Assembly: GCA_965215605.1 (NCBI GenBank)
Contig: OZ244070.1
Coordinates: 1,856,001-1,920,000, forward strand
Length of the DNA: 64,000 nucleotides
Reading direction: 5' to 3'
Origin: an uncultured Candidatus Binatia bacterium
Lineage (GTDB): Bacteria > Desulfobacterota > Binatia > UBA9968 > JAJDTQ01
Below, one piece after another: positions 29,079-38,911 of this stretch (within the stretch, counting starts at the first letter, position 1; every line of letters starts with the position of its first letter). The position numbers and the translations under genes were made by a program. The notes beneath the pieces are model-generated. The model saw nothing but the letters and a program-made list of their open reading frames with translations. It was not told where the DNA came from and made no database searches.

Positions 29079-29894
29079 TCAACGGCCCTTCCACACCGGC
29101 GGCCGCTTCTCTACGAAGGCCCGCGGCCCTTCCTTGCTGTCGTCGGTGGTGAGCACGAGGGTGGCGAGATCGGACTCCAGGCGCAGCGCCTGCTCGAGCG
29201 GCAGGCCCTGGCCCTTGTGGACGGACTCCTTGATGTACCGCAGGGCCAGGGGAGCGCCCTTGGCGAAGGATGCCGCCATCTCCTCGCCGGCGCGCGTCAG
29301 CTCATCCACCGGCACCAGCTTGTTGACGAGTCCGATGCGGTAGGCTTCCTGAGCGTCCACGAGCGACCCGGAAAGACACATCTCCATAGCCTTGGCCGAG
29401 CCCACGAGGCGGGCGAGCCGTTGCGTCCCGCCCGATGCCGGCATGAAGCCGAGCCGGACCTCGGTCACGCCCATGCGGGCGTTCTCCGCGGCGATGCGGA
29501 TGTCGCAGGCCATGGCGATCAACAAGCCGGCCCCGACAGCGTAGCCGTGCAACAGCGCGATGGTAGGCTTCTGCACCAGGGCCACGGCGTCGATGGGTGA
29601 ATGGACGCCCGGAGCCTGCTTCGCCTGCCGGGCCTCCAGCGGAGAGGCCGATGCCGCCGCCGGTTCGGTGTTGCGGCTGGCCCGTTCCTTGATGTCGCCG
29701 CCCACCGTAAAGCCCTTCTCGCCGGCGCCCCGGAAGAGCACCACCTGGACGTCCCGGTCCGCTTCCGCCCGGGCGCAGTACTCGATAATGAGCTGCCGCA
29801 TCTCCTCGTTGATGGCGTTCAGCGCCTCCGGGCGGTTCAGGGTGATCCAGGCGGTCTGCTCCTTGACTTCGTAGAGAACCTTGTCGTCAGCCAT
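29079..29894 (-). CDS. Enoyl-CoA hydratase/isomerase
   Basis: ITLNRPEALNA, KPTIA..HGYAVGAG, ACDIRIA, EVRLG..PASGGTQRL. Confidence 0.92.
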   Translation of the reverse strand: MADDKVLYEVKEQTAWITLNRPEALNAINEEMRQLIIEYCARAEADRDVQVVLFRGAGEKGFTVGGDIKERASRNTEPAAASASPLEARQAKQAPGVHSPIDAVALVQKPTIALLHGYAVGAGLLIAMACDIRIAAENARMGVTEVRLGFMPASGGTQRLARLVGSAKAMEMCLSGSLVDAQEAYRIGLVNKLVPVDELTRAGEEMAASFAKGAPLALRYIKESVHKGQGLPLEQALRLESDLATLVLTTDDSKEGPRAFVEKRPPVWKGR

Positions 29895-29947
29895 TCGATG
29901 TTGTCTCCTGTGTGTCGAATAGTGGAGGAGTCGCCAATCACAGTGGT

Positions 29948-30955
29948 TCAGCTCGCACCGCCGTCAAGCCGGTAGACCCGGGCCGCGGTGTCATGGAACA
30001 GGGCCGCACGTTCCGGTTCGGAACAGCTCCGGCCGATAATCTTGAACGCATTCCACACCGACTCGTAGGAGTAGGACACCCGGTCCACCGGGAAGTTGCT
30101 TTCGAACATGCAGCGGTCGGCGCCGAACTTCTCGATGCAGAATTCGAAGTAGGGCCGCATGGCCTCGGCCAGCTCGGCGGAGTCGGGCCTGGGCTCGCGC
30201 TTGTGCCAATCGTAGCCGGAGCGCAGGGATCCTACGCCGCCCAGCTTGAGCACCACGTTGGGGCACGAAGACAGCGCCGTGATGGCGGCGCTCCACGCCT
30301 GAAAAACCTCGTTGCGCCGCCCTTCGTACGGGCCGAGCCCCAGGGGTCCGCCGATGTGGTCGAGGATGATGGGCACCGCCGGGAAGTCCCGGGCCAGCTC
30401 CACCAGCTCGGGAATCTGCGGGTGATAGAGCCATGCGTCGAAGCTCAGGCCGAGGGGCTGGAGGCGCGCGAAGCCCTTCCGGACCGTTGCGTCCCGGAGC
30501 AGGCCGGACCGCGGCACGCTCCGGAACGAGTCCGAGGCGTCCCACATGGTGGAGTAGCGTATGCCGCGCAAGCGCGTGGGGCTGGCCTCCAGGTGCGCTT
30601 CCAGGACGGCGGCCACGGCGTCGCCAAGGGTCAGGTCGGCGTAGGCTACAATAGCGGCCGCCACGGTTGCGGGCGTACCCGCGGACGAGCTCTCGGATGC
30701 GATGCCCTCCAGGAACTCCGTTTCCCCCACCGGCCGCAACTCCGCCGGCCCGTCTTCGCGGTACATCGCCCCGCACTCCACCGCCACACTGGAGACGATG
30801 CGATGGCCTGTCGAGGCGTCGCGCAGGAAATCGTCGAGCAGGTAGGGGTTGTCGGGGCGTCGCCACAGGTGGTGGTGCGGGTCGCAGATGGGGAGGTTGG
30901 GTTCCAGCGGCGCCTCGTTCGGGTTGCTCGCACTGCGCGGCCGGGTTTGGTACAA
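29948..30955 (-). CDS. Amidohydrolase family protein (lactonase-like)
   Basis: ICDPHHHLW, FDAWLYHPQ, IILDHIGG, RCMFESNFP; true start near 30955, uncertain. Confidence 0.85.
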   Translation of the reverse strand: MYQTRPRSASNPNEAPLEPNLPICDPHHHLWRRPDNPYLLDDFLRDASTGHRIVSSVAVECGAMYREDGPAELRPVGETEFLEGIASESSSAGTPATVAAAIVAYADLTLGDAVAAVLEAHLEASPTRLRGIRYSTMWDASDSFRSVPRSGLLRDATVRKGFARLQPLGLSFDAWLYHPQIPELVELARDFPAVPIILDHIGGPLGLGPYEGRRNEVFQAWSAAITALSSCPNVVLKLGGVGSLRSGYDWHKREPRPDSAELAEAMRPYFEFCIEKFGADRCMFESNFPVDRVSYSYESVWNAFKIIGRSCSEPERAALFHDTAARVYRLDGGAS

Positions 30956-30991
30956 GGGGATTGCCTTCAACGGATGACACCAGGAGGTCGC

Positions 30992-32248
30992 GTGGATTTC
31001 GAGCTGGCCCATTACCCTGTCCGGTCCCTTTCCTGGGGTGCCCACACCGAATATCGGGAAGGCGAACTCATTGTCAACCGCGAGGCGCTGCGCGCCGAAC
31101 TGCTGGCGGAACCGCTCATTGATGACGTCGAGTTGAGCATCGTCCGGCCCGGGGACCGTACCCGGGTCCTCCACGTGGTGGACATCGTCGAGCCGCGCTG
31201 GAAGGACCCGGAACGCGGCGGCGCGTTCCCCGGCAGCCTCGGACCGCTGTACCAGTGCGGCCTCGGCCGCACCCACGCGCTGGACGGCGTGGCGGTGGTG
31301 ACGTCCGGCTCGCTCCCCCGGTCCGAGGAGGCCATCATTGACATGTGCGGCCCCGGCAGCGAGCTTAGCCGGTTCGGCCAAATGCCCGGTCTGGTGGTGC
31401 TGCCCAAGGCGCGGGAGGGGTCCGACCCAGGCGAGTTTGGCTTGGCGCTCATGCGCGCGGGGCTTCGCACTGCGGTGTTCCTGGCCCATACTACCCAAGG
31501 CGTCGAACCGGCCCGCACCGAAGCCTTTTCCCTGGACCTGGGACGTAACGCGTCGACGGACCTGCCGCGCGTGGGGTACCTCAGCTTCTCGTACTCCCAC
31601 GGCATCGGTCGCCAGAAGCTTTTCTACGGCAAGAGCACCAAGGACATCGTGCCGAGCGTGGTGCATCCCAACGAGCTTCTGGACGGGGCGCTGGTGAACG
31701 ACGGCTATACCAAGCCCACCAAGAACGCCACCCACGACATCCTGAACCACCCGATGATCCGGGAGCTCCACCGCCGCCACAACCAGGACCTCGTGTTCGC
31801 GGGCATGGTCATCGCCAACCACTACGCCACATACGAAGAAAAGGCCGCCGGGGCCTGGCACGCGGCGCGCCTGCTCAGACACGTGGTGGCGGCCGAGGCG
31901 GTGGTCATCACCAAGGACGGCGGCGGCCAGGCGGACGTGGACCTGATGCTGGCCTGCCGGGCCTGCGAGGAAGTGGGCCTGCGCACGGTGCTGGTGGCCA
32001 AGGAGGAGTCCGGCGGCGACGGCCCGTCGATGGTGGATGTGGCGCCCCAGGCGGACGCCATGGTGAGCGTGGGCAACTGTCCCGAGAAGGTCCGCCTCGA
32101 AGAGTCCATGGAATGTGTCATCGGCGGCGACGCCTTTCTCGGCGCCATCCAGGGGGATGTGGCCGGCACGGTGGAGATCCCGGTCCAGAACATCATCGGC
32201 GCCATCGATCCCATCGGCGGCTCGACGCTGACGGCCCGGCCGGGGTAG
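30992..32248 (+). CDS. Glycine/sarcosine/betaine reductase component B proprotein (GrdE/GrdG/GrdI-like)
   Basis: IVRPG..RV..V.DIVEPR, GRTHALDGVAVV, IIDMCGPG, HPNELLDGA, NHPMIREL, DAMVSVGN; AGGAGG RBS before GTG. Confidence 0.85.
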   Translation: MDFELAHYPVRSLSWGAHTEYREGELIVNREALRAELLAEPLIDDVELSIVRPGDRTRVLHVVDIVEPRWKDPERGGAFPGSLGPLYQCGLGRTHALDGVAVVTSGSLPRSEEAIIDMCGPGSELSRFGQMPGLVVLPKAREGSDPGEFGLALMRAGLRTAVFLAHTTQGVEPARTEAFSLDLGRNASTDLPRVGYLSFSYSHGIGRQKLFYGKSTKDIVPSVVHPNELLDGALVNDGYTKPTKNATHDILNHPMIRELHRRHNQDLVFAGMVIANHYATYEEKAAGAWHAARLLRHVVAAEAVVITKDGGGQADVDLMLACRACEEVGLRTVLVAKEESGGDGPSMVDVAPQADAMVSVGNCPEKVRLEESMECVIGGDAFLGAIQGDVAGTVEIPVQNIIGAIDPIGGSTLTARPG

Positions 32249-32257
32249 GGAGGCAAG

Positions 32258-33559
32258 ATGAAACGAATCGTCCACTACGTGAACCAGTTCTTCGCCGGCC
32301 TTGGCGGGGAGGAGGCCGCGGACACGCCGCCCGGCGCGCTGGAAGGGGCGGTGGGACCGGGCAGGCTGCTGCAGAACCTGCTGGGAGAGGGCGGCGGCAT
32401 CGTCGCCACGGTTTATTGCGGCGACGACCACTTCTCCGAGAACGAGGAGGCGGCAACGGCCCGGCTGCTGGAGCTCGTGAAGGCGGCCGAGCCGGACCTC
32501 CTGTTCGCGGGGCCGGCCTTCGGCTCGGGGCGCTACGGGCTGGCGTGCGCGGGGATGTGCCGGGCGGTGGGCGCCGAGTTGGGAATACCGGTGCTGACCG
32601 CCATGTCGCCGTCCAACCCGGGGGCGGACACGATCCGGAGCGAGGTCCCGGTGGTCGGGACCGGGGAGTCGTCGGGCGACATGCGCGCCGCCATCGAGGC
32701 TTCCGCGGCCGTGATCGTGAAGATGCTCACCGGCGAGACCGTGGCTCCAGGCGGCGACGAGAGCCTGATCCCCCGCGGCGGCCGGTGGAACACGCGGGTG
32801 TCCAAGCGCGCGGCCGAACGGGCCGTGGACCTGCTGCTGGCCAAGCTCGGCGGCGATCCCATGGAGACGGAGATCCCGCTGCCGCCCTTCCAGGAGGTGG
32901 CGGCGGCGCCGGGCATCCCGGACCTCGGCCACGCCAGGATCGCGCTGGTCACCACCGGCGGCCTGGTCCCCCGCGGCAATCCGGACGGCATCAAATCCTA
33001 CCTGTCCACCCACTTCGGCGCCTACGGCATGGAGAGCAGGCAGCACCTCGCCGCGGACGAGTTCGAGTCGGTGCACGGCGGCTTCTTCACCGCGGCGGTG
33101 AACGAGGACCCCAACCGGCTGATTCCCCTGGATGTGCTGCGGGACGCGGTGCGCGATGGGTCCCTGGGCGGGCTGCACGAATATTTCTACTCCACCACGG
33201 GCAACGGCACGCCGGTGGAGACCGCCGCCGACATGGCGCGGGACATCGCGGCGTCGCTGGAGGAGGACGGCGTCGACGGCGTCATCCTCACCTCCGCCTG
33301 AGGGACCTGCACTCGCTGCGGCGCAGCGATGGCAAAGGAACTGGAAAGAGGCGGCATCCCCACGGTGCACGTCACCAATCTCGTGTCGGTGTCGGAGAAC
33401 ACCGGGGCCAAGCGGATCATGTCGGGACGGGCCATTCCGCACGTTTTCGGGGATCCGTCCCTTGACGCGGACGAGGAGCGTCGGTTACGCCGGCGGCTGG
33501 TGGAACAGGCCCTCGATATGCTGAAGGAGCGGCAAGGCGAGCCGCCAGGGGCCGATTAG
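32258..33559 (+). CDS. Glycine/betaine/sarcosine reductase selenoprotein B (GrdB/GrdF/GrdH-like); Sec at TGA 33299-33301
   Basis: IVHYVNQFFAG, AGPAF.SGRYG, HGGF, DPNR; in-frame read-through gives ILTSA-U-GTCTRCGA (UxxCxxC) continuing to TAG 33559. Confidence 0.92.
33308..33334 (+). promoter_or_regulatory. Putative bacterial SECIS hairpin
   Basis: TCGCTGC-GGC-GCAGCGA stem-loop (33313-33329) starting 12 nt after the UGA, with G in the loop. Confidence 0.7.
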
Positions 33560-33620
33560 GCTTGACACGGGCACCGTAAAGTCGGTTAATCGCACGATCT
33601 AAACCCGAGAGGAGGCACTC

Positions 33621-34667
33621 ATGGTTAAACGAGTTCTCGTTCTGACGGCAGGGTTGCTGTTCCTGGCGGGCCCGGCATGGGCTGACGCGGTGGCGGATTT
33701 CTACAAGGGCAAGCAGATTCGTATTGTCGTGGGCTATGGTCCGGGCGGCACCACCGACCTCACCACCCGGCTCATCGCTCCGGTTCTACACAAGTACATT
33801 CCCGGCAGTCCCCGGATCGTGGTCCAGAACAAGGCAGGCGGCGGCAGCGCGCTGGCGGCCAATACCGTGTTCAACAACGAGCGCAGGGACGGCACCGTGA
33901 TGGCGGCCATCAGCAGCAGCCTCGTGCTGAAGCAGGCTCGCGGCGTGGCGGGGATCAAGTTCGACGGCAGGAAGTTCAACTGGGTCGCCAGCGCGTTCCG
34001 GGCCAACTCCGCGTGCGCGGTGCGGACGGATGCCGGCGTCAAGAGCTTCGCCGATGCGGTGAAGACCAAGAAGCAGCTTATCGTGTCGAGCTTCGACAAG
34101 GGCGGCCTGTCCCACCTCGAGCCGATCATGTTCAACGCGGTCTTCGGCGCCAACTTCAAGGCCGTCACGGGATTCCCCAGCGGTGGCGCGCAGCGTCTGG
34201 CGGTGAAGAACGGCGAGGTCAACGGCTTCTGCACGACGTTCCAGACCATGGCCAGCACCGAGATCGCCATGTTCGAGGGCGAGGGGAAATGCTGCCGGGT
34301 CCTGATCATTGCCGGCGAGAAGAAGGCAAACCACCCGCTGCTGAAGGGCGTGCCCGCGGCCGAGGCGCTGGCCAAGGAGCTGGGCAAGAGCAAAGACGAG
34401 ATCGCCATGTTGAGGGCGATGAACGCCACCAACCAGATCAGCATCGTCCACACGCTTCCGCCCGGAGTGCCGAAAGACCGTGTCGAGGCCGTGCGCGACG
34501 CCTTTGTCAAGGCCTACAACGACCCGCAGGTCCAGGCCCTGGCAAAGAAGCAGAACCGCAATCTGCAGCCCAGGCGGGGCGACGGCGTGGCCAAGATCGT
34601 CGGGGAGTTGCTCAACACTCCCAAGCCCCTCATGGACAAGATCAAGGCGCTCATCGCCAAAGGCTGA
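33621..34667 (+). CDS. tctC: Tripartite tricarboxylate transporter substrate-binding protein (TctC/Bug)
   Basis: Signal peptide, FYKGKQIRIVVGYGPGGTTD, VQNKAGGG, PPGVP. Confidence 0.88.
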   Translation: MVKRVLVLTAGLLFLAGPAWADAVADFYKGKQIRIVVGYGPGGTTDLTTRLIAPVLHKYIPGSPRIVVQNKAGGGSALAANTVFNNERRDGTVMAAISSSLVLKQARGVAGIKFDGRKFNWVASAFRANSACAVRTDAGVKSFADAVKTKKQLIVSSFDKGGLSHLEPIMFNAVFGANFKAVTGFPSGGAQRLAVKNGEVNGFCTTFQTMASTEIAMFEGEGKCCRVLIIAGEKKANHPLLKGVPAAEALAKELGKSKDEIAMLRAMNATNQISIVHTLPPGVPKDRVEAVRDAFVKAYNDPQVQALAKKQNRNLQPRRGDGVAKIVGELLNTPKPLMDKIKALIAKG

Positions 34668-34824
34668 AGACCGGCGGCCTGCCGTCGAATCAACCGTGGG
34701 TGACAACGAGATCCGGTCCGCGTCCGCCGCTGGCGGTCGCGGGCCGGGCTCCGACCCGCGAACTCTGACCTGAAATCCGACCCGAGAACCGAGAAGAACC
34801 GACCGTTCCCGCTATCGCAACGCC

Positions 34825-36321
34825 ATGCTGGAAGCCTTCGTCACAGGACTGATCCAGGTATTCGATCAGACCACCTTCCTGCTGATGTCGATCGGTATCT
34901 TCCTGGGGTTCATCGTCGGGATCCTGCCCGGCATCGGCAGCCCCGGGGCGGTGGCGCTCATGCTGCCGTTCATATTCGAGATGGACCCGGTGCAGGCGTT
35001 CGCCTTCCTGCTCGGAATGTACGCGGTCACCGGCACCACCGGCGACATCACCTCGATCCTGTTCGGTGTGCCCGGAGAGGTGGTGTCCACCGCCACGATC
35101 ATCGACGGGCATCCCATGGCCAAGAAAGGCGAGGCCGGCCGCGCCTTGGGCGCCGCGCTCATGAGCTCGCTGGTGGGCGCCATCGTCGGCGCTTTCTCCC
35201 TGGCGCTGGCCATTCCCATCGTCACCCCGCTGGTGCTGTCCTTCAAGTCGCCGGAGTTCTTCTCTCTGGCGATCCTGGGAATCTGCTTTCTCGCGGCGCT
35301 GAGCGGTGACAACAAGCTCAAGGGCGTGCTGGCCGGCGGACTGGGGCTCGTGCTTTCCACCGTCGGCCTGGATTACCAGGAGAACATCGAGCGCTATACC
35401 TTCGGCCTCGTGAACCTGTGGGAGGGCGTCGGGCTTATCGCCGCGGCGGTGGGGCTGTTCGCGGTACCCGAGATCGTGGAGCTGTGGGTCAAGGGCTCCG
35501 CCATCGCCGACACAAAGGTGGGCAAGCTCGGCGGCGTGTGGCAGGGGGTCAAGGACACCTTCATCCACATCGGCATCACCGTCCGCTGCAGCATGATCGG
35601 CACCTTCTTCGGCCTCGTGCCCGGCGTGAGCGCCGCGCTGTCCCAGTGGGTCTCCTACGCCCACGCGGTTCAGAGCACCAGGGACAAGAGCGGCTTCGGC
35701 AAGGGCGATGTGCGCGGCGTCCTGGGGCCGGGCGCGGCCAACAACTCGGGCATCGGCGCCGCCATGATCCCGACGGTGGCCTTCGGGGTCCCCGGCAGCG
35801 CCACCACGGCCATCCTGCTGGGCGCGTTCATCATCCAGGGGTTGCAGCCCGGGCCGAAGATGCTGACGGAACACTTGGCCCTGACCTTCTCGTTCGTCTG
35901 GCTCATCGTTATCTCGAACATCATCACCGTGGTGCTGTGCCTGCTGTTCCTGAACCAGTTGGCGAAGATCACCCAAGTCCGCGGATCGCTGCTGATTCCC
36001 GCGCTGTTCATGCTCATCTACCTGGCGGGCTTCGCCAACACCGGTTCCTACTTCGCCATGACCACAACGCTGGTTTTCGGGGTGATGGGCGTGGTGATGG
36101 TGAACCACGGCTGGCCGCGTCCGCCGCTGGTGCTGGGGCTGGTGCTCGGTTCGCTGGTGGAGCGGAACCTGTTTATCTCGTACGAGATCTACGGACTTTG
36201 GTTCCTGACGCGCCCCATCGTCATGGTGACCTTCGGGGTCGCCCTGGTCGTGATCTTCCTGCCCGGGCTGCAGGACTGGATGGCGAAGCGGGCTCAGCTC
36301 AAGGAGGAGCCGGGTGCGTAA
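34825..36321 (+). CDS. tctA: Tripartite tricarboxylate transporter permease TctA
   Basis: GILPGIG, DGHPMAKKGEAGRAL, ANNS, FGVPGS, GLQPGP. Confidence 0.92.
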   Translation: MLEAFVTGLIQVFDQTTFLLMSIGIFLGFIVGILPGIGSPGAVALMLPFIFEMDPVQAFAFLLGMYAVTGTTGDITSILFGVPGEVVSTATIIDGHPMAKKGEAGRALGAALMSSLVGAIVGAFSLALAIPIVTPLVLSFKSPEFFSLAILGICFLAALSGDNKLKGVLAGGLGLVLSTVGLDYQENIERYTFGLVNLWEGVGLIAAAVGLFAVPEIVELWVKGSAIADTKVGKLGGVWQGVKDTFIHIGITVRCSMIGTFFGLVPGVSAALSQWVSYAHAVQSTRDKSGFGKGDVRGVLGPGAANNSGIGAAMIPTVAFGVPGSATTAILLGAFIIQGLQPGPKMLTEHLALTFSFVWLIVISNIITVVLCLLFLNQLAKITQVRGSLLIPALFMLIYLAGFANTGSYFAMTTTLVFGVMGVVMVNHGWPRPPLVLGLVLGSLVERNLFISYEIYGLWFLTRPIVMVTFGVALVVIFLPGLQDWMAKRAQLKEEPGA

Positions 36322-36859
36322 CCGGACGGATGTGGTCATCGGCGTGCTGCTGGTGACGCTCATCTCATGGGCGGTGTGGGAGGCGCAGCAATGGCCCGCC
36401 CGTACGCGTTTCTTCCCCCTGGCCATCGGTTATCCGGTGCTGGCCTTGTCGGTGATGCACCTCGCCTACAGCTTGTGGCTGGGACTCCGGCCGGCCAGGT
36501 TCGAGCCGGCCCCGGCAGCGCCCGAGCCCGTGGCGGAGGCCGGGCCCGTGCTGGAGCCGGCGGTCGTGCGCCGGCGCACGATGGAGATCTCCTTCTGGGC
36601 CGTGGCCTTCGCTCTGGGCCTGTACCTCCTGGGATTCAAGGTGGGCGGGCTGGTCATCCCGACGATCTTCCTCCGCTATCAGGCCCGCGAACTCTGGCGC
36701 ACGAGCCTCCTGTACAGTCTGGGCGTGTACGTGTTTTTCAAGATCGGGCTGGAGGAGGCCCTCTCGTTTCCGCTGCCCTCCGGGCAAATCGCCTACGGCC
36801 TCGGCCTCTACTCCTTCGATTCCTACCTCGTGGACCCGATTCTGAACCTGCTCCGGTGA
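36314..36859 (+). CDS. tctB: Tripartite tricarboxylate transporter small subunit TctB
   Basis: Four hydrophobic helices, FP and LPSG motifs; overlaps tctA stop. Confidence 0.8.
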   Translation: MRNRTDVVIGVLLVTLISWAVWEAQQWPARTRFFPLAIGYPVLALSVMHLAYSLWLGLRPARFEPAPAAPEPVAEAGPVLEPAVVRRRTMEISFWAVAFALGLYLLGFKVGGLVIPTIFLRYQARELWRTSLLYSLGVYVFFKIGLEEALSFPLPSGQIAYGLGLYSFDSYLVDPILNLLR

Positions 36860-36934
36860 ACCTTGCCCGTTTCATCGGGCCTTCGAGCCTGCCTTCAAAG
36901 ACGATGTGCCCTATGTCCCATGCCTTGCACTCCC

Positions 36935-38134
36935 CTATTCATGGCGCCGGGCCGCCGCCTCGACTTCCTCCATCACCCGCAGCAGGTTGCCGCCCCATAG
37001 TTGTGCGATCTGCTCCTGGTTGTAGCCCCGGCGCGCCAACTCGATGGTGACGTTCAGAGTATCGCGGGCGTTGTCCCAGCCGGCGATGCCGCCGCCGCCG
37101 TTGAAGTCCGACGCCAGGCCTACATGGTCGATGCCCACGAGGTTCACCGCGTAGTCGATGTGGTCGGCGAAGTCCTTCACCGACGCCTTCGGCCACTTGA
37201 GGTCGATCTCCCCCCGGCGGGCGTGGTAGGTGTCGCGCTTCTCGTCGCTCAGTCGTTCGAAATCGGCGAACCCCTTGATGCCCATCGCTGTTCTCAGGGC
37301 CCGTAGCGCCGCCTGCCTCTGGCTCGACACCGGCCGCAGGTAGTAGTCGAAGGCCACCATCTGGGCCACGCCGCCGTTGTCCCTTAGCGCCGTCAGCGCC
37401 TCGTCGGACAGGTTCCGCGGGTGGTCGTAGACTCCCTTGACGCTGGAATGGGAGGCGATCACCGGTGCCCGGGATGCGCGGATGGCGTCCAGTGCGGTGG
37501 TCATGGACGCGTGGGAGATGTCCACCATGATGCCCAGGTCGTTGGCGCGCCCCACCGCGGCGCGTCCGAAATCGGTGAGGCCGCCGTGCTCGGTGGGCGA
37601 ATCCTTGAGGCGGGGGTAGGGCACCGCGGAGTCGCCGAGATCGTTGTGGCCGTTGTGGAGCAGCCCCAGGTAGCGCGCGCCGAAGTCGTGGTAGGTCCGG
37701 AGGATCTCCAGGTCGCGGCCCAGGGCATGCCCGTTCTCGATGCCGATGAGCGCCGCAAGCCGGCCCTCGCCGTGAATGCGGCGCACGTCCGCGGCAGTGC
37801 GGGCCAGGGAAATGGTTTCCGGATACTGCACATCGGTCATGCGGCGGATGGCGGCGAACTTGGCAAAGGCATCCGCCATGGCCCGGGCGTACCCTGCCGG
37901 GTTGCGCTCGCCTTGCCCGACGTACACGATGAAGAATACCGCGTCGAGCCCGCCACGCTCCATCCCCACGAGGTCGATCTGACCGCGGCCCCGCTTGGCC
38001 TCCCTGGGATCGTAGCTCTCGGTGCCGAAATCCGGCGGAATGTCCACGTGGGTGTCCATGGTGAGGATGCGCGCGTGGATGGACCGGGCTCGGGTGAGAA
38101 GTTCAGCTTCGCTGTCCACCGGTAGCGTTTTCAC
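36935..38134 (-). CDS. Membrane dipeptidase (peptidase M19)
   Basis: DTHVD, GIENG, MVDISH, IASHS, HPRNLSD, GLASDFNGG, WGGNLLRV. Confidence 0.92.
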   Translation of the reverse strand: MKTLPVDSEAELLTRARSIHARILTMDTHVDIPPDFGTESYDPREAKRGRGQIDLVGMERGGLDAVFFIVYVGQGERNPAGYARAMADAFAKFAAIRRMTDVQYPETISLARTAADVRRIHGEGRLAALIGIENGHALGRDLEILRTYHDFGARYLGLLHNGHNDLGDSAVPYPRLKDSPTEHGGLTDFGRAAVGRANDLGIMVDISHASMTTALDAIRASRAPVIASHSSVKGVYDHPRNLSDEALTALRDNGGVAQMVAFDYYLRPVSSQRQAALRALRTAMGIKGFADFERLSDEKRDTYHARRGEIDLKWPKASVKDFADHIDYAVNLVGIDHVGLASDFNGGGGIAGWDNARDTLNVTIELARRGYNQEQIAQLWGGNLLRVMEEVEAAARRHE

Positions 38135-38472
38135 AGGGGCCTCCGCGAATCTCAGGGCTCATCCGGAAGTTGGGCGCCGTGCCACGCGGCTGCGACCCAG
38201 GCCGTGTTGTCTTTTTGCCATGGAAGAAACGGTACGGTGCAGTCTCACGAATCTTCATCCGCGAGCAGCGCGTCGGCCTCCGCCGGCACCGTGTCCAAGT
38301 CTACCCCATGTCCCTCGGCGATCTTCTCCTTTGATTCATTTGACAGTACCAACAAACGTATCAAGAGGACTGGGTAAAACGTAGCCGCATTCTGGATTCA
38401 AGATCTTTACACTTGGACCTGGAGGGCTTCCCATGTATTTGCCTGCATATGACCCACAAGCCATGTTAGAGT

Positions 38473-38556
38473 GTGAGTCGGGTAGTTGAAATCGTGGATG
38501 AGTTCGAGGGTTCACGCCACGCGGACATGAAGGAGTTGCGGTTCAACTCGGTCTGA
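38473..38556 (+). pseudogene. Internally deleted RelE/Gp49-like toxin remnant
   Basis: MSRVVEIVDEFE fused to GSRHADMKELRF, two segments normally separated in this toxin family; directly upstream of an XRE antitoxin. Confidence 0.6.
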
Positions 38557-38578
38557 CTCGACTGAAGGTGAGAGGGAG

Positions 38579-38911
38579 ATGACCATGCCAGTGAACGTGG
38601 ACGGGAAGATCGGGAAGTTGAGCGTGGCGCAGCGCAAGAAAGTTGAGGCTCGCGCGGCAGAGCGGATCGCGGAGGAGATGACGTTGCGTGAGCTTCGCAA
38701 GGCACGGAATCTTACGCAAATACGCGTGGCGAAACAGCTTGGGATCACTCAGGATAGCGTCTCGCGACTTGAGAAGCGTAGCGACCTCCTGCTGTCCACG
38801 TTGCGCAAGACAGTCGAGGCGATGGGTGGGAGCCTGTCTCTGGTCGCAGAGTTCCCCGATCGTGCGCCGGTGGTGTTGTCCGGCATCGCCGAGGATGAAC
38901 CGGGGGCTTGA
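38579..38911 (+). CDS. XRE-family HTH antitoxin
   Basis: LRELRKARNLTQ..VA..LGITQDSVSRLEKRSDLLLSTLR..VEAMGG. Confidence 0.88.
   Translation: MTMPVNVDGKIGKLSVAQRKKVEARAAERIAEEMTLRELRKARNLTQIRVAKQLGITQDSVSRLEKRSDLLLSTLRKTVEAMGGSLSLVAEFPDRAPVVLSGIAEDEPGA

Noticed and set aside
29912-30991. N-terminal extension of the 778-aa plus-strand ORF
   Set aside because: Antisense to the amidohydrolase; the real start has an AGGAGG RBS at about 30982.
33299-33301. Nonsense mutation making grdB a pseudogene
   Set aside because: The stop is at the conserved Sec position with a downstream hairpin.
29948-33442. 1164-aa minus-strand ORF
   Set aside because: Only the last ~335 aa are an amidohydrolase; the rest is the antisense shadow of the GC-rich grd genes.
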